NCBI RefSeq assembly: GCF_963921235.1
Contig: NC_086097.1
Location: forward strand, 203,114,001-203,178,000
Direction: 5' to 3'
Source: Mobula hypostoma
Taxonomy: Eukaryota
Length of the DNA stretch: 64,000 nt
Below, in pieces: positions 1-11,333 of the stretch. The notes under the pieces were generated by a model, which was given only the letters and a program-made list of their open reading frames with translations, ran no database searches and had not been told where the DNA came from. Numbering within the stretch: the stretch's first letter is position 1; every line of letters begins with the position of its first letter. The position numbers and the translations under genes were made by a program.

Positions 1-909
1 TTCCCTGTTTTTTTAGGCTCTACTGTGAAAACAGGAGCATGTGATTCACAAATACAATTTCTCACTTAAATCCCTGGTTGTAATATTCTTTTATATGAAC
101 AAAGGATTGAGGGCTAAATACTTCTGCAAGGCACTGTATATTCATAGTATCTACGTAATGTCTCCCAAATGATCATAATGAAGATGGAAGAAATTAGCAC
201 TTCATGACTGGCTTCCATTAATGAGTTTTAAGAATTTCTTGGGCACAGAACTATTACAAGCTTTCTGCCCTGAACTCTCTTATAATAAACATAATGACAC
301 TAGAGCTACCTTGTACCCGAGGTCATTAGAAACCATTTGTATATTGGCTTGTTGGATGGCTGCAGCTCAAATAGCTGCCCAAATGTTTTAAATTCAAGCA
401 GCATGGGAATAGGGTGGGAAAACAGAGATTAGTATCAGTCATGCAATTCTGGCTTTTGAAATTATTTGTTTAGGAATCTAACCAGCATATGTGATTTTAA
501 ATAATATAATTAGCTAGATATATATGACCCGAATTACATGGGTTCCACACACACCAACAAAATGATACTTTACCTTCATGATGGAAGTACAGAATTATGG
601 GGTGACTAACAGCAGAAATGTCAAATCTGAACTTAACGCAACTCTTATCTTATGAGTGGTACAGTTCAGGAACAACTTCAGTGTCAGGTAGAAGTCAGAA
701 TGGAAATCATTACACTATGAAGCTTACCATCAAAAACCACAAACCTGAAATACTTAAAAAGAATTAGAAGATGGAATAAATACTGTATTTAACAACTAAG
801 TTATATCCTAGATGAAAGCAAATTAACTCATCCTATTTGATGCAGTAACTTAAAAATTGTTATTTTTTAATTATTATTTCTGATAATTTACTCCATTAGT
901 GATGAGTAC

Positions 910-1058
910 CTTCTTCCTGGAACGTCCCACTGACAGTGTGGGATCTTGAGAGTTATACGAGAAGCTCTGAACGCCAGTAGAGAAGTCAAACTGACTCATT
1001 TCTTCACTGAGACTACTGTCAACCATGTATGACTGGGAAGACAAATAATGGGGTCCTG
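910..1058 (-). CDS. PRKDC: PRKDC exon (window exon 25, 149 nt), PQR phosphorylation cluster region
   Basis: cag|CAG (NAGNAG)...|gtact; [49 protein letters not shown]. Confidence 0.96.
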
Positions 1059-1539
1059 CTGAATAAAGAGAAGGGTCATCAACAACAGGCTGAAGTTAGA
1101 CACGTCTTCTGAACTTCCAAATGGATTCACCATGCATGCAATGCTTGTGCACACAAAGACTGATGCGCAAGTGGAACCACCTTCAATATTCAGTTATACT
1201 ACTTGTGCAAAATTTTTACCATGTACTCTAAGCCCAAGAAAAGTTGAGACCTCAAACTTTCAGGGAGATTGAGGGTAAGCTAAAGCAGCTTTGCTCTGGG
1301 CATTGGTCCTCCTAAAGATAAGACTTCTCCTTTAACATTTCATTGTTAGAAATCCTCATCATCTATCCATCCGGCTACTGTCCTCTTTGCCTTTCAGACT
1401 TTTCTCTGGTCCCTTCCTCTCAAAAATTTTGTCTCCACTCTCTGCATTGATGGGAGATCATAGAGAATAGCCTAGTTGTGCATTTACAGTCACATTTACA
1501 CATTTATTTTATTTAGAGATACAGCACAGTAACAGGCCA

Positions 1540-2395
1540 TTATGGGTCAACTCTATGAAGAGGCAACTAAAATTTATAATAACAATAGAGTGATTGATAT
1601 CATTTACTTGCACTTTCAGAAGGCTTTTGACAAGGTATCCCATAAGATGTACCCCATCAAATTACAGAAAGTAGAGATTCAGAATAAGATGTGCGAATGG
1701 ATGCAGAATTGGCTCAAAAAAAAACAGAAAACGAGTTATGGCGAGAGGATCATTTTCACACCTAGAAGATGTTAAAAATGCAGTTCTGCAGGGATCGGTT
1801 TTTCTGTCTTTAATTTACATTAATGATTTGGATAAGCACATAACCGATAAACTAGTAAAGTTTGCCGATGACACAAAATAAGGGGGATGGGCTGAATACA
1901 TTCAGGCAGCAGAATCAATACAGTTAGATCTAAACGAAATCCAGATATGGGCAGATAAATGACAGATGAAATTTAAATGTAAAATAATACATGTAGGAAG
2001 TAGAGTTAGGAAGTGCACTGCATGAGAAGGATTTGTGCGTCCTGGTAGAGTCACTACTATCAACATCTAGACAATGCACAGAAGTGATGAGGAAGGCGAA
2101 TAGAATATTGGGCCAGATAATGCGCTCAATGGAGTTCAAGTCTAGAGGCATTCTCCGTAAGTTGTATAATGTCCCTTGAACGCTGTGTACAATTTTGGTC
2201 TCCATATTTTGTGAGGATGTGAAGGCACTGGAGAGAGTCCAGCAAAGGGTGACTGGACTCATTCCAGGTCTGCAGGGCATGAACTATGAAGAAAGATTGA
2301 ATTAAGTAGATGTAGAATGCGAGGAGACATGACAGAATTGTTCATAATCATTAAGGATACAAGTTAAGTGGATGCCGGCTGCTACTTCAAAGTTA
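1540..2395 (+). mobile_element. Degenerate CR1 LINE reverse transcriptase fragment
   Basis: IIYLHFQKAFDKVSH and KFADDTK motifs, with frameshifts and stops. Confidence 0.85.
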
Positions 2396-2678
2396 TGATA
2401 CAGACCATTTTATAGGGACACAACCCATAACATGAAGTTTGCCTGTATTATTTATGATGTTATTAGGGATATTGAGAAGTTATTATTACAAATTATTATG
2501 ACAATACTAGAAACAGGTTCTTTACTCATATTGCTTTTGATATTTTCTGATAATCCCACAACAGAAAAGGATTAAAATCACAAGAGAATAAATATTACCA
2601 TTTATTGGAAAGATTTATTTAAATATGCCATTCTAATTTACCGCAAAATCTAAATTTTATATGAAACTTCACACAAAC

Positions 2679-2751
2679 CTGAATCACCCTCTGCTGCATC
2701 TCGAGCTTCTTTTCGAATAGCAAAATACCTTTTTTTCTTCTCAACTGGGAC
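2679..2751 (-). CDS. PRKDC: PRKDC exon (window exon 24, 73 nt)
   Basis: tag|...|gtttg; VPVEKKKRYFAIRKEARDAAEGDS. Confidence 0.94.
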
Positions 2752-2809
2752 CTAAAACAGAACATTTAAAATTTGTAAAATACTTCCATATCAAGGCCAA
2801 ATACCTTGC

Positions 2810-3790
2810 AAACAACAGGAATTCTGCAGATGCTGGAAATTCAAGCAACATACATCAAAGTTGCTGGTGAACGCAGCAGGCCAAGCAGCATCTATAGGAA
2901 GAGGCGCAGTCGACGTTTCAGGCCGAGACCCTTCGTCAGGACTAACTGAAGGAAGAGTGAGTAAGGGATTTGAAAGCTGGAGGGGGAGGGGGAGATGCAA
3001 AATGATAGGAGAAGACAGGAGGGGGAGGGATAGAGCCGAGAGCTGGACAGGTGATAGGCAAAAGGGGATACGAGAGGATCATGGGACAGGAGGCCTAGGG
3101 AGAAAGACTGGGGGGGGGGGGTGACCCAGAGGATGGGCAAGAGGTATATTCAGAGGGACAGAGGGAGAAAAAGGAGAGTGAGATAAAGAATGTATGCATA
3201 AAAAGGAGTAACAGCTGGGGTACGAGGGGGAGGTGGGGCCTAGCGGAAGTTAGAGAAGTCAATGTTCATGCCATCAGGTTGGAGGCTACCCAGACGGAAT
3301 ATAAGGTGTTGTTCCTCCAACCTGAGTGTGGCTTCATCTTTACAGTAGAGGAGGCCGTGGATAGACATGTCAGAATGGGAATGGGATGTGGAATTAAAAT
3401 GTGTGGCCACTGGGAGATCCTGCTTTCTCTGGCGGACAGAGCGTAGATGTTCAGCAAAGCGGTCTCCCAGTCTGCGTCGGGTCTCACCAATATATAAAAG
3501 GCCACATCGGGAGTACTGGACGCAGTATATCACCCCAGTCGACTCACAGGTGAAGTGATGCCTCACCTGGAAGGACTGTTTGGGGCCCTGAATGGTGGTA
3601 AGGGAGGAAGTGTAGGGGCATGTGTAGCACTTGTTCCGCTTACACGGATAAGTGCCAGGAGGGAGATCAGTGGGGAGGGATGGGGGGGACGAATGGACAA
3701 GGGAGTTGTGTAGGGAGCAATCCCTGCGGAATGCAGAGCGGGGGGAGGGAAAGATGTGCTTAGTGGTGGGATCCCGTTGGAGGTGGCGGC
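2810..3790 (-). mobile_element. Young 5'-truncated Penelope-like element (GIY-YIG endonuclease, 3' region with hammerhead motif)
   Basis: ORF 3240-3566 has VIYCVQYSRCGLLYIGETRRRLGDRFAEH (GIY-YIG), followed on the minus strand by a pyrimidine-rich tract and a hammerhead motif. Confidence 0.92.
2907..2944 (-). ncRNA. Minimal type-I hammerhead ribozyme motif
   Basis: Minus strand UAGUC-CUGACGA-AGGGUCUCGGCCU-GAAA-CGUC^GACUG: intact core boxes, stem I UAGUC/GACUG, short stem II, palindromic ACGU in place of stem III, GUC cleavage triplet. Confidence 0.85.
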
Positions 3791-4113
3791 ACTACACATT
3801 GCACTTTACCTTTTGTATATTCATAACGACCACCTTTCTAGTATATTTAAAGTAGGAAAAACAAATTAGTTTTCAAAGACTCTTCATTCCAGATAATAAT
3901 ACAAGATTACTGAACTTGCTGAACTTGAATATCTTGATTTTTTAATGTGCATTTTTAAACGTTGTTTGCTTTATTTTATACTCTTTTTGATTGTTAGTCC
4001 TTCATTTTCCTTCCACACTAAGCAACGAGCCAAATTTGCCTGGTGATGATGTTGACACAAATGCACCATTTGTCAAAAACCACCGAACCTGACACATAAT
4101 TGATGAGACTTAC

Positions 4114-4179
4114 TTCAATTTCCACTGGAAAATTGTAGGTACGTTGAATATCTATCAAATTTTCAAAGATAAAAATATT
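4114..4179 (-). CDS. PRKDC: PRKDC exon (window exon 23, 66 nt)
   Basis: cag|...|gtaagt; NIFIFENLIDIQRTYNFPVEIE. Confidence 0.95.
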
Positions 4180-4963
4180 CTGCAAAAGAAAAATGAAGAA
4201 ATGATCATTGAATTCTAGAATGACATAGCAAGGAAACAGGTCCTTTGCCCTAACATATTCATGTCAATCAAGACACCATATTATACATTATTTTATACTC
4301 TCTATGTAAGGTCACCCGTCAAGTTTCCTACATTCCAAGGAATAATGCTCTAACTGCCTAATCACTCCCTATGACTAAGATTCTTGAGTTCTGCCAACAA
4401 TTCTTATAAATTTCCTTTGCACACTTTTCAGCCTAATTATATCTTTCCTATAAAAAAGGAACTCAAAAATCATACTTAGTACTTCTGATGATAGGAAAAG
4501 CCATTCCTAATTAACCAGGATTGATCGAGAAGACATCGGAATAGTTAAGATTTTGCCATTCAAGACTGTCATGCCCATTTGGAGTGGAGAATGGGTGAAA
4601 TACACTCTGCCCACCACACATCTGGTGAAAATCATTAAGAGTTGTGAAAACTAGGCCAGGGACTTTGCATGCTATGAAAAACTATGAATGAATCTGTTTA
4701 CCTGCTGCATTTATGAATCACTCAAAGCTTTTAAAAGTTAAAAAATTGACAATGATTTGAAATTTGAAAAAAATACTGCTTACCTTTATAAATAACTAAA
4801 TTAAATATAGTTAATTGAAGTGTAGATGATCTTATACTTAAGCAGTCATTCCTCTTACTCACATAAAACGACTCACTGTTCTTGCTGCAAATCTAACCTG
4901 GTTCAGTGATGGGGAATTTTGCACTGTCATTTGATTCTGCAAGGAGTCCAATGCCAACGCACA

Positions 4964-5095
4964 GTCCAGTTCTGACATGGGTCACTGACTTGAAATGCTG
5001 ACTCTGTTTCTCTTTCCACAGATGCAGCCTGAACTGCTGAGTATTTCCAGCATTTGTTTTTATTTTAGATTTCCACCATCTGCAGTATTTTGGGT
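4964..5095 (+). mobile_element. Old Penelope-like 3'-end fragment with degenerate hammerhead
   Basis: ccagttctgacatgggtcactgacttgaaatgctgact...cagatgcagcctgaactgctgag resembles the reverse complement of 2810-2944. Confidence 0.7.
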
Positions 5096-5480
5096 TTCTT
5101 TTGGAAATTGTTGGCAAAACATGACCAACAGGCTGGGGACGTCAGCTTTCATACGATAGTCCAAAGGCCACTGCGTGAGTAGTGCTAGTAGCTTGGGGCA
5201 CAATGCTGGAATTCTCCAGTAATTTCAAGATCAGCAGGTCTTATGTTTCCCTCCCAAAATACTTAAATTTAAATAAATTCATAAAAGCACTCGAATGTTA
5301 ACAATAGACACAGCTAGCATTCCATGCTATTTTTGAGGAGATAAAAATGTTCAGGAGGCCATAAAATACATACGTTAATATCCTTGGGCACCAAAAAAGT
5401 CAATTAACTTATCCGCTATTTAAAGGAAATAAAAAAGTGCTTTTGCAAACTGTAATCTCAAATTTTGGAGTGCTCATGGC

Positions 5481-6882
5481 AGACATCGCACCTCTCCCGG
5501 AAGTTCCGGGAGTCTCCCGCATATAGATAGTGGCTCCCTGACGCCCGGAAGTTATAAACAATATCCCGGAAATATTTTTTTTGAGAGGGAGAGGGCTAGG
5601 GAGACCGAGCATCCTGATCGGTCTCTCTTCGTGCTAAGAGTGGTTCCCAAGCACTGGGCCGGCAGAAAACGATATGATTTGGCGATATGAAACGATATGA
5701 GTCAGCTGCACCTTTCCTCATTCCCTGTCACGTACTGTTGAATTTTAACGCACGCGAGGTCATCAGTGACCCAAGACGTGCAAAGGAATGGGTCCGTGAC
5801 CCATTTATGAATGTCCCCGGTGAATCATCCATGTCAGCACGGGAAGATGATCAACTCCTCGGGCTTGCAAATGGTGGTGGGCATAATGACAGTGTTTGAC
5901 ATAACATCTCTGCCGGCATTCTGTATCAAAGTCAAGGCTGAATATCCTGAGATAGCCACGAAAGCACTGAAAACGTTGTTTCCATTTTCAGCATATCTCT
6001 GTGAAGCGGAGTTTTCTGCAATGAATGCAACGAAAACTAAATTGCGGAATAGACTGGACATAAGGAACCCCCTTCGAGTATCGCTGTCTCCCCTCACCCC
6101 TCGATAGGACCGTGTTGTTGCAGGAAAACAAGCCCAGGGCTCCCACTGATTCAGCGATATTGGTATGTTGCAATGACTTTATATGTTTATACGGGGAAAA
6201 TATGCGCTGTGTGTTTAATATCCAAATGTTACTTAAAATGTTATGATGCTATTGACTTATCACTTACATTCCGGTCGTGATTAACCCTCCCCCCCCACCC
6301 AGTCGGCTGGTCCACAAGAATATTGTCAATATTATTAAACCGATCTGCGGTGCAAAAAATGTTGGGGACCCCTGCTAAGTAGACCTATCAGTTTTCTCTG
6401 TGGGCGGGCTTTACAGTTGACCTCAAAAATAATGACAGTGTTGCTCGCTTCACCGTTTGCAACAGTGACTTTTCTATTGCCCATGGTGGGTTAAAATGTA
6501 AAAGACAAGTTGAGGTGAGTTTAACAGGTGTCATTCATTCATTAGCATAGCTAACATTATTTAAACTAGCTGGCTGCTAAGGAGCTACACTATTCATGTC
6601 CGACTTGATGAGGCCAAACTCCCTGTAGACTTGCTTAAAGTTGTAATAGAATAAACATGATAATATAATATAAATACATATTTTAATGTCACATTTTCTG
6701 CATATACCCAACTTGGTTTACAGATTAGACAAAATCACTAAACAAAGTATTGCCTACACCCTTGGAGGTCGACCGTGGGGGGTGGGGGTGGGGATATGGG
6801 GTTGCGGGGGGCGGGGGTGCTACCTCCCTGAAATGGTGGTGCTACCTCCCTGAAACGAGTTTTTGCAGAGTGGGATGTGTGT
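5481..6882 (+). mobile_element. Non-autonomous hAT-like DNA transposon hosting a nested insertion
   Basis: Imperfect TIRs CAGACATCGCAC / GTGGGATGTGTG; BED-finger-like remnant ARFTVCNSDFSIAHGG at ~6425-6514; TSD not clean. Confidence 0.55.
5639..6374 (+). mobile_element. hAT (Buster/Charlie-type) internally deleted transposon
   Basis: C-terminal dimerisation domain EYPEIATKALKTLFPFSAYLCEAEFSAMNATKTKLRNRLD; ends agtggttcccaa / ttggggacccctg. Confidence 0.85.
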
Positions 6883-7189
6883 CATAGAAAATGTTTAAAA
6901 ATAGAAGTTTTAATAGATACATTTGTTTGTATGCATATAAAATAATTTATTTTCTGCACTGTGAACAGAGGAATAAAGACAAGTATAACCTTCGGGTGAA
7001 GCCAGGTCGGACAGCTGCAGATAAATCAAGAGAATGCTAACATAATTCAGAATTCATTCTAAAGTCATATTTACAATATTTTTTGTAAGCAGATGGATGC
7101 AGTCTTAATAGCGGCCATAAAAAAGCACATGCCACTGTCAATCTGTATTATCAGCTCATAGTTTCATTTTTTTCCCCCAATAAGGCTAT

Positions 7190-7705
7190 AGATAGATAGA
7201 GAGAAACCTTATTGATCCCAAAGGAAATTACAATGTCACAGTAGCATTACAAGTGCACAGATTTACCAATATTAGAAGAGAAGGAAGAATTAAAAAAAGT
7301 TACCTTAAAAACAAGATGTACAAAATTTAGAAATCAAAGATTACAAGATTTCCAAGTTCACACTGATAAGCTGGTAGTGCAAGAATTACCATAATATTAT
7401 ACAGTAATGGGTGCACATTCACAACGTCCAGATAAGAAGTGATGGTAGTATTGCACAGGGTGTCCGCGATAGCGGGGTGTGATAAACAGAGCTAAATAGA
7501 ACTTAAACAGAGCTCTGGTAAAGAGAGGTTAGTAAGAGCCTAACGGGGGGTGGGGGGGGGGGGTCATCACTTACCCAGCTATAGGTTAATTCATTATAAA
7601 GCCAAATGGCCAAAGGTAAGAATGACCTCATGTAGCACTCTTTGGAGCAGCACAGTTGTCATAGTCTAAAGTGCTCCTCTGTTCAGCCAAGGTGGCACGC
7701 AGGTT
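7190..7705 (-). mobile_element. Rex1/Babar-type LINE 3' fragment
   Basis: (atag)n tail with ttattgatcccaaaggaaatt terminal motif, shared with the elements at 49847 and 60194. Confidence 0.55.
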
Positions 7706-8434
7706 TATCATGTGCATTGGAACTATTGATACACAGTGTCAGAACAACTCAAAATTATATTTAACATATTTTGCTGCATAATTGCATATGGAAATTTACT
7801 TCATAAAACAAATTTTTCTGAGAAAACTAAATGAAAGATATTAGAGTGTTTCTTAAATTATCTTTTTCTGTTATTATGTTTTACTATTTTTACCTACAGC
7901 AAGAAGGTTTACACGATCCTCTACTGAAGCTAAATGTTAGGGTCTAAATCTGAACTCTCAAAAACGGAGAGTTTGAGGCCACTTCAGACAAGGAAAAGCA
8001 AAAAAAAAGTCTGGAACAGGAAACCATCCATTTCCAATTTAACTGCCGGTTGGAATGTTGACAATTGGAGCCTGCAATCTTTCGTGTAAAGAGTTATTAT
8101 ATGTCTAATTTCAAGCAGATTTCTTAGCAAGTAGTGCAGAAAAAATATTTACACAGAACTAAAAGCTGGGTTAGAATGTACAGGGTTGGACCATTGAATC
8201 CTTCCAAATCAGCTGAGGGATTTTCTACATTAATTTGGAATTAACTGCAGGATTCAGTAATGTAGAAAGTGAAAGTCTGCCCGTTATACAATTCCGTTTA
8301 ATTCACATATGTTTTGCTTTATGCTTGTGTATTGAAATTTACTTCATAACTATCATTATTCTGAGAAAACTAAATAAAAGATACGTACAATGTTTTGTAA
8401 ATTATCTTTTTAGTTATTATGTTATTGTGGATTA

Positions 8435-9407
8435 ACCCACTGCTCTACTATCATGACTACGCGGCTAAGCACATCTCAAACGCCATCTATAAATTTGCCA
8501 ATGACAACTATTGTTGGTAGAACCTCAAATCATGATGAGGAAGTGAACAGGAGTGAAATAGATTGCAAACAACACACGTAAAAGTTGCTGGTGAACGCAG
8601 CAGGCCAGGCAGCATCTCTAGGAAGAGGTACAGACGACGTTTGGTTGAGTGTGTCATAGCAACAACCCTGTACTCAATGTTAGAAAGACCAAGGAACTGA
8701 TTGTGGACTTCAGGAAGGGGAAGTTGAGGGAGCACGCACCAGTCCTCAACGTGGGAACAACAGTGGAAAGGGTGAGCACTTTCAAGTTCCTGGGTGTCAA
8801 CGTCTCAGAAGATCTATCCTGGGCCCAACATATTGATGCAATTACAAAGATGGCCCAACAGCGGGTATATTTCATTAGGAGTGTCACCAAAGACTCTTGC
8901 AAATTTTTACAGATGTACTGTGGAGAACATTCTAACGAGTTGCATCACTGTCTGCTACAGAGGGACTACCACACAGGATCAGAAAAGTCCATAGGGGGTT
9001 GCAAACTCAGCCAGGTCCATCATGGGCACTAGCCACCCAGCATCGAGGACATCTTCAAAAGGTGATGCTTCAAGAAGGTATTACGGAGCCCCCCACACCA
9101 CTCCTCCCCCCCATCACTCAGGATATGCTCTCTTCCTATTATGACCATCAGGGAGGATGTACAGGAGCCACACACTCAATGACTTAGGAACAGCTTCTTC
9201 CCATCCACTAACAGATTTCTGAATGGACAACAAACGAACCCATGAACACTACCTCAGTAGTTTTGCTCTCTTTTTGCACTATGTTTATTTAAATTTATTT
9301 TTATATATACATTTCTCTAATTGTAATTTATAGTATTCTGATGTATTGCAATGTACGGCAAAACAACAGATTTCATGTCAGTGATATTAAACCTGATTCT
9401 GATTCTT
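8435..9407 (+). mobile_element. Rex1/Babar-type LINE 3' fragment, interrupted at 8565-8642
   Basis: LNVRKTKELIVDFRK..VERVSTFKFLGV..EDLSWAQHIDAI motifs; (gattct)n tail. Confidence 0.85.
8565..8642 (-). mobile_element. Very short Penelope-like 3' end truncated inside the hammerhead
   Basis: Matches ~2840-2918; stops at gacgacgttt, the GAAA box on the minus strand. Confidence 0.8.
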
Positions 9408-9599
9408 AGAATCACTGGACACTAATATGAGCCATCACCTCTGAGATCACCACAAGAATATTCAAATCATAGCCAGAACAAGTATGTATATAATTTACAA
9501 ATTAAGTATGCATGTTTGTTTTGGGAACTCCCAACCCAAGCCAAATTAAAAACCTGTAAATGCCTCTGAATTTTGCTGTACAAAGTACACACTAGATTG

Positions 9600-10340
9600 C
9601 GGAAATTAATTAAGTGTGAGGAATTATATTTTGGGGTGCTAAATATTAACAGGACATATACAGTAAATGGCAAGGACCTATGGTGTATTCATGTTCAGAG
9701 AAACCTTGGAGCGCAAACTCATTGCTTTCTTAAAATGGTGACACACGTGGATAAGATAGTGACGAAGTACTTGGCATGTTTGCCTTCATAAGACAATTCA
9801 CTGAATGCAAGAATGGGGATGCCTCCGTATAAATTTTAGTTTGGCCACACTGGAGTATTGTGTACAAATCTAGTCACAAGATTACAGGAAGGATGTAATT
9901 GTGTTAAAAAGTGCAAAAGAAATTTACCAGGGCATTGCCTGGAATGCTGGGGTTTAGTGACAAGCAGCGTTTGGATAAACTGTGTTGATTACTACTGGAA
10001 TGCAGGTGCTTGAGGGGACCACTTGACTGAGATTTAAGAATTTGAGGATCACAATCAAAGTCCTTTTAGCAGGGGAGGGAACTATAAAGCTTGACAATAT
10101 AATGTGGATGATGATGACAAAATTTAAAGGAGATCTGAGGAGGAAGTTTTTCAACACAGAGAATACTGGTTATATGGAAGAGTTCTTGGAGGTGGTAAAG
10201 GCAGGAACAATTACAATGCTTAGAAGGCATTTGGACAGATACTTTGAGAGGAAAGGAGATGTGGAGTGCAGGCCGAATGCAGGCAAATAGGATGGGCAAA
10301 GTTGGCCGATACCTGGGCTATACAGTTTGGTGACTCTTGT
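9600..10340 (+). mobile_element. Old CR1 LINE 3' fragment
   Basis: Degenerate CR1 ORF2 C-terminus (tggagtattgtgtaca, KFKGDLRRKFF). Confidence 0.75.
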
Positions 10341-10759
10341 TTATAAAGTTTGTAATCATCTGCAGCGTACCACCTGAAGGAACTACAAAAGCAGATTTAG
10401 TAATATGTTTTGAAAGGTAAATAAATAACTGAAGAGTACAATGTTATGATTCTAGAACCTAATACTAATGCTCTATCATTCAAATCGCCATCTGAGAACT
10501 AACAAAAAACACCATCTTTACCTTGGTGAGGGTGATTATACCAAGCATTACTAATGCAAATAAAAGTCATTTTCAGGTAAGGAATCTTGTTACATACACC
10601 TGTTAGGGTGCATTCTCCAGTTACCTTATAAGGTAACCGTAGCCTTCAGCCAGGAGCATTATTAACACAGCAGCTACTAGTACCAGCATCAGAAATGAAA
10701 TGTAATACAAAAGCATGTTGAGTACATGAAGAACTATAGATTTATGGTCATCATCCTAC

Positions 10760-10928
10760 CTTCTCCGGTTTTTCACTGAAAAGGAATCCTTGATAAAATT
10801 TAGCCTCCGTAAAAATGCAACAAAGGATTGAAATAATGCAGTTATATGCTGCACAATGGTACTGACGCCTCTTCTCCAACAGCTGAGTTTCGCCAGCCAT
10901 GTTTTCTGTAACTGCATCATGACAGGAC
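10760..10928 (-). CDS. PRKDC: PRKDC exon (window exon 22, 169 nt)
   Basis: aag|...|gtagg; [56 protein letters not shown]. Confidence 0.96.
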
Positions 10929-11143
10929 CTTCGTAGACAGAAACAAATACAGTCCTGTCAGTTGTACATGAAGAGCATGTGTTTCCTACAAAATAGTAAT
11001 TAATGCAAACCAGGGCTGTTCTCTATTCTAATGCTTAAATGTCATGATATGATGACCACTTTCATATAAATATGACAGTCTTTTTTTTCATTTCAAATCA
11101 TTTTACTATTATTATTATCCAAAATTAACAAGAGTATATCGAA

Positions 11144-11333
11144 AACAACAGGAATTCTGCAGATGCTGGAAATTCAAGCAACATACATCAAAGTTGCTGG
11201 TGAACGCAGCAGGCCAAGCAGCATCTATAGGAAGAGGCGCAGTCGACGTTTCAGGCCGAGACCCTTCGTCAGGACTAACTGAAGGAAGAGTGAGTAAGGG
11301 ATTTGAAAGCTGGAGGGGGAGGGGGAGATGCAA
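11144..11333 (-). mobile_element. Young Penelope-like 3'-end insertion nested in the L1 3'UTR, 14-bp TSD
   Basis: Identical by eye to ~2811-3000; TSD AAGAGTATATCGAA at 11130-11143 and 11334-11347. Confidence 0.93.
11240..11277 (-). ncRNA. Minimal type-I hammerhead ribozyme motif (second identical copy)
   Basis: Same sequence as 2907-2944. Confidence 0.85.

Noticed and set aside
2791..3140. Overlapping short ORFs repeated at 11115-11447 (MLVNAAGQAASIGRGAVDVSGRDPSSG)
   Set aside because: These are translations of the non-coding Penelope-like 3' end and hammerhead region, not proteins.
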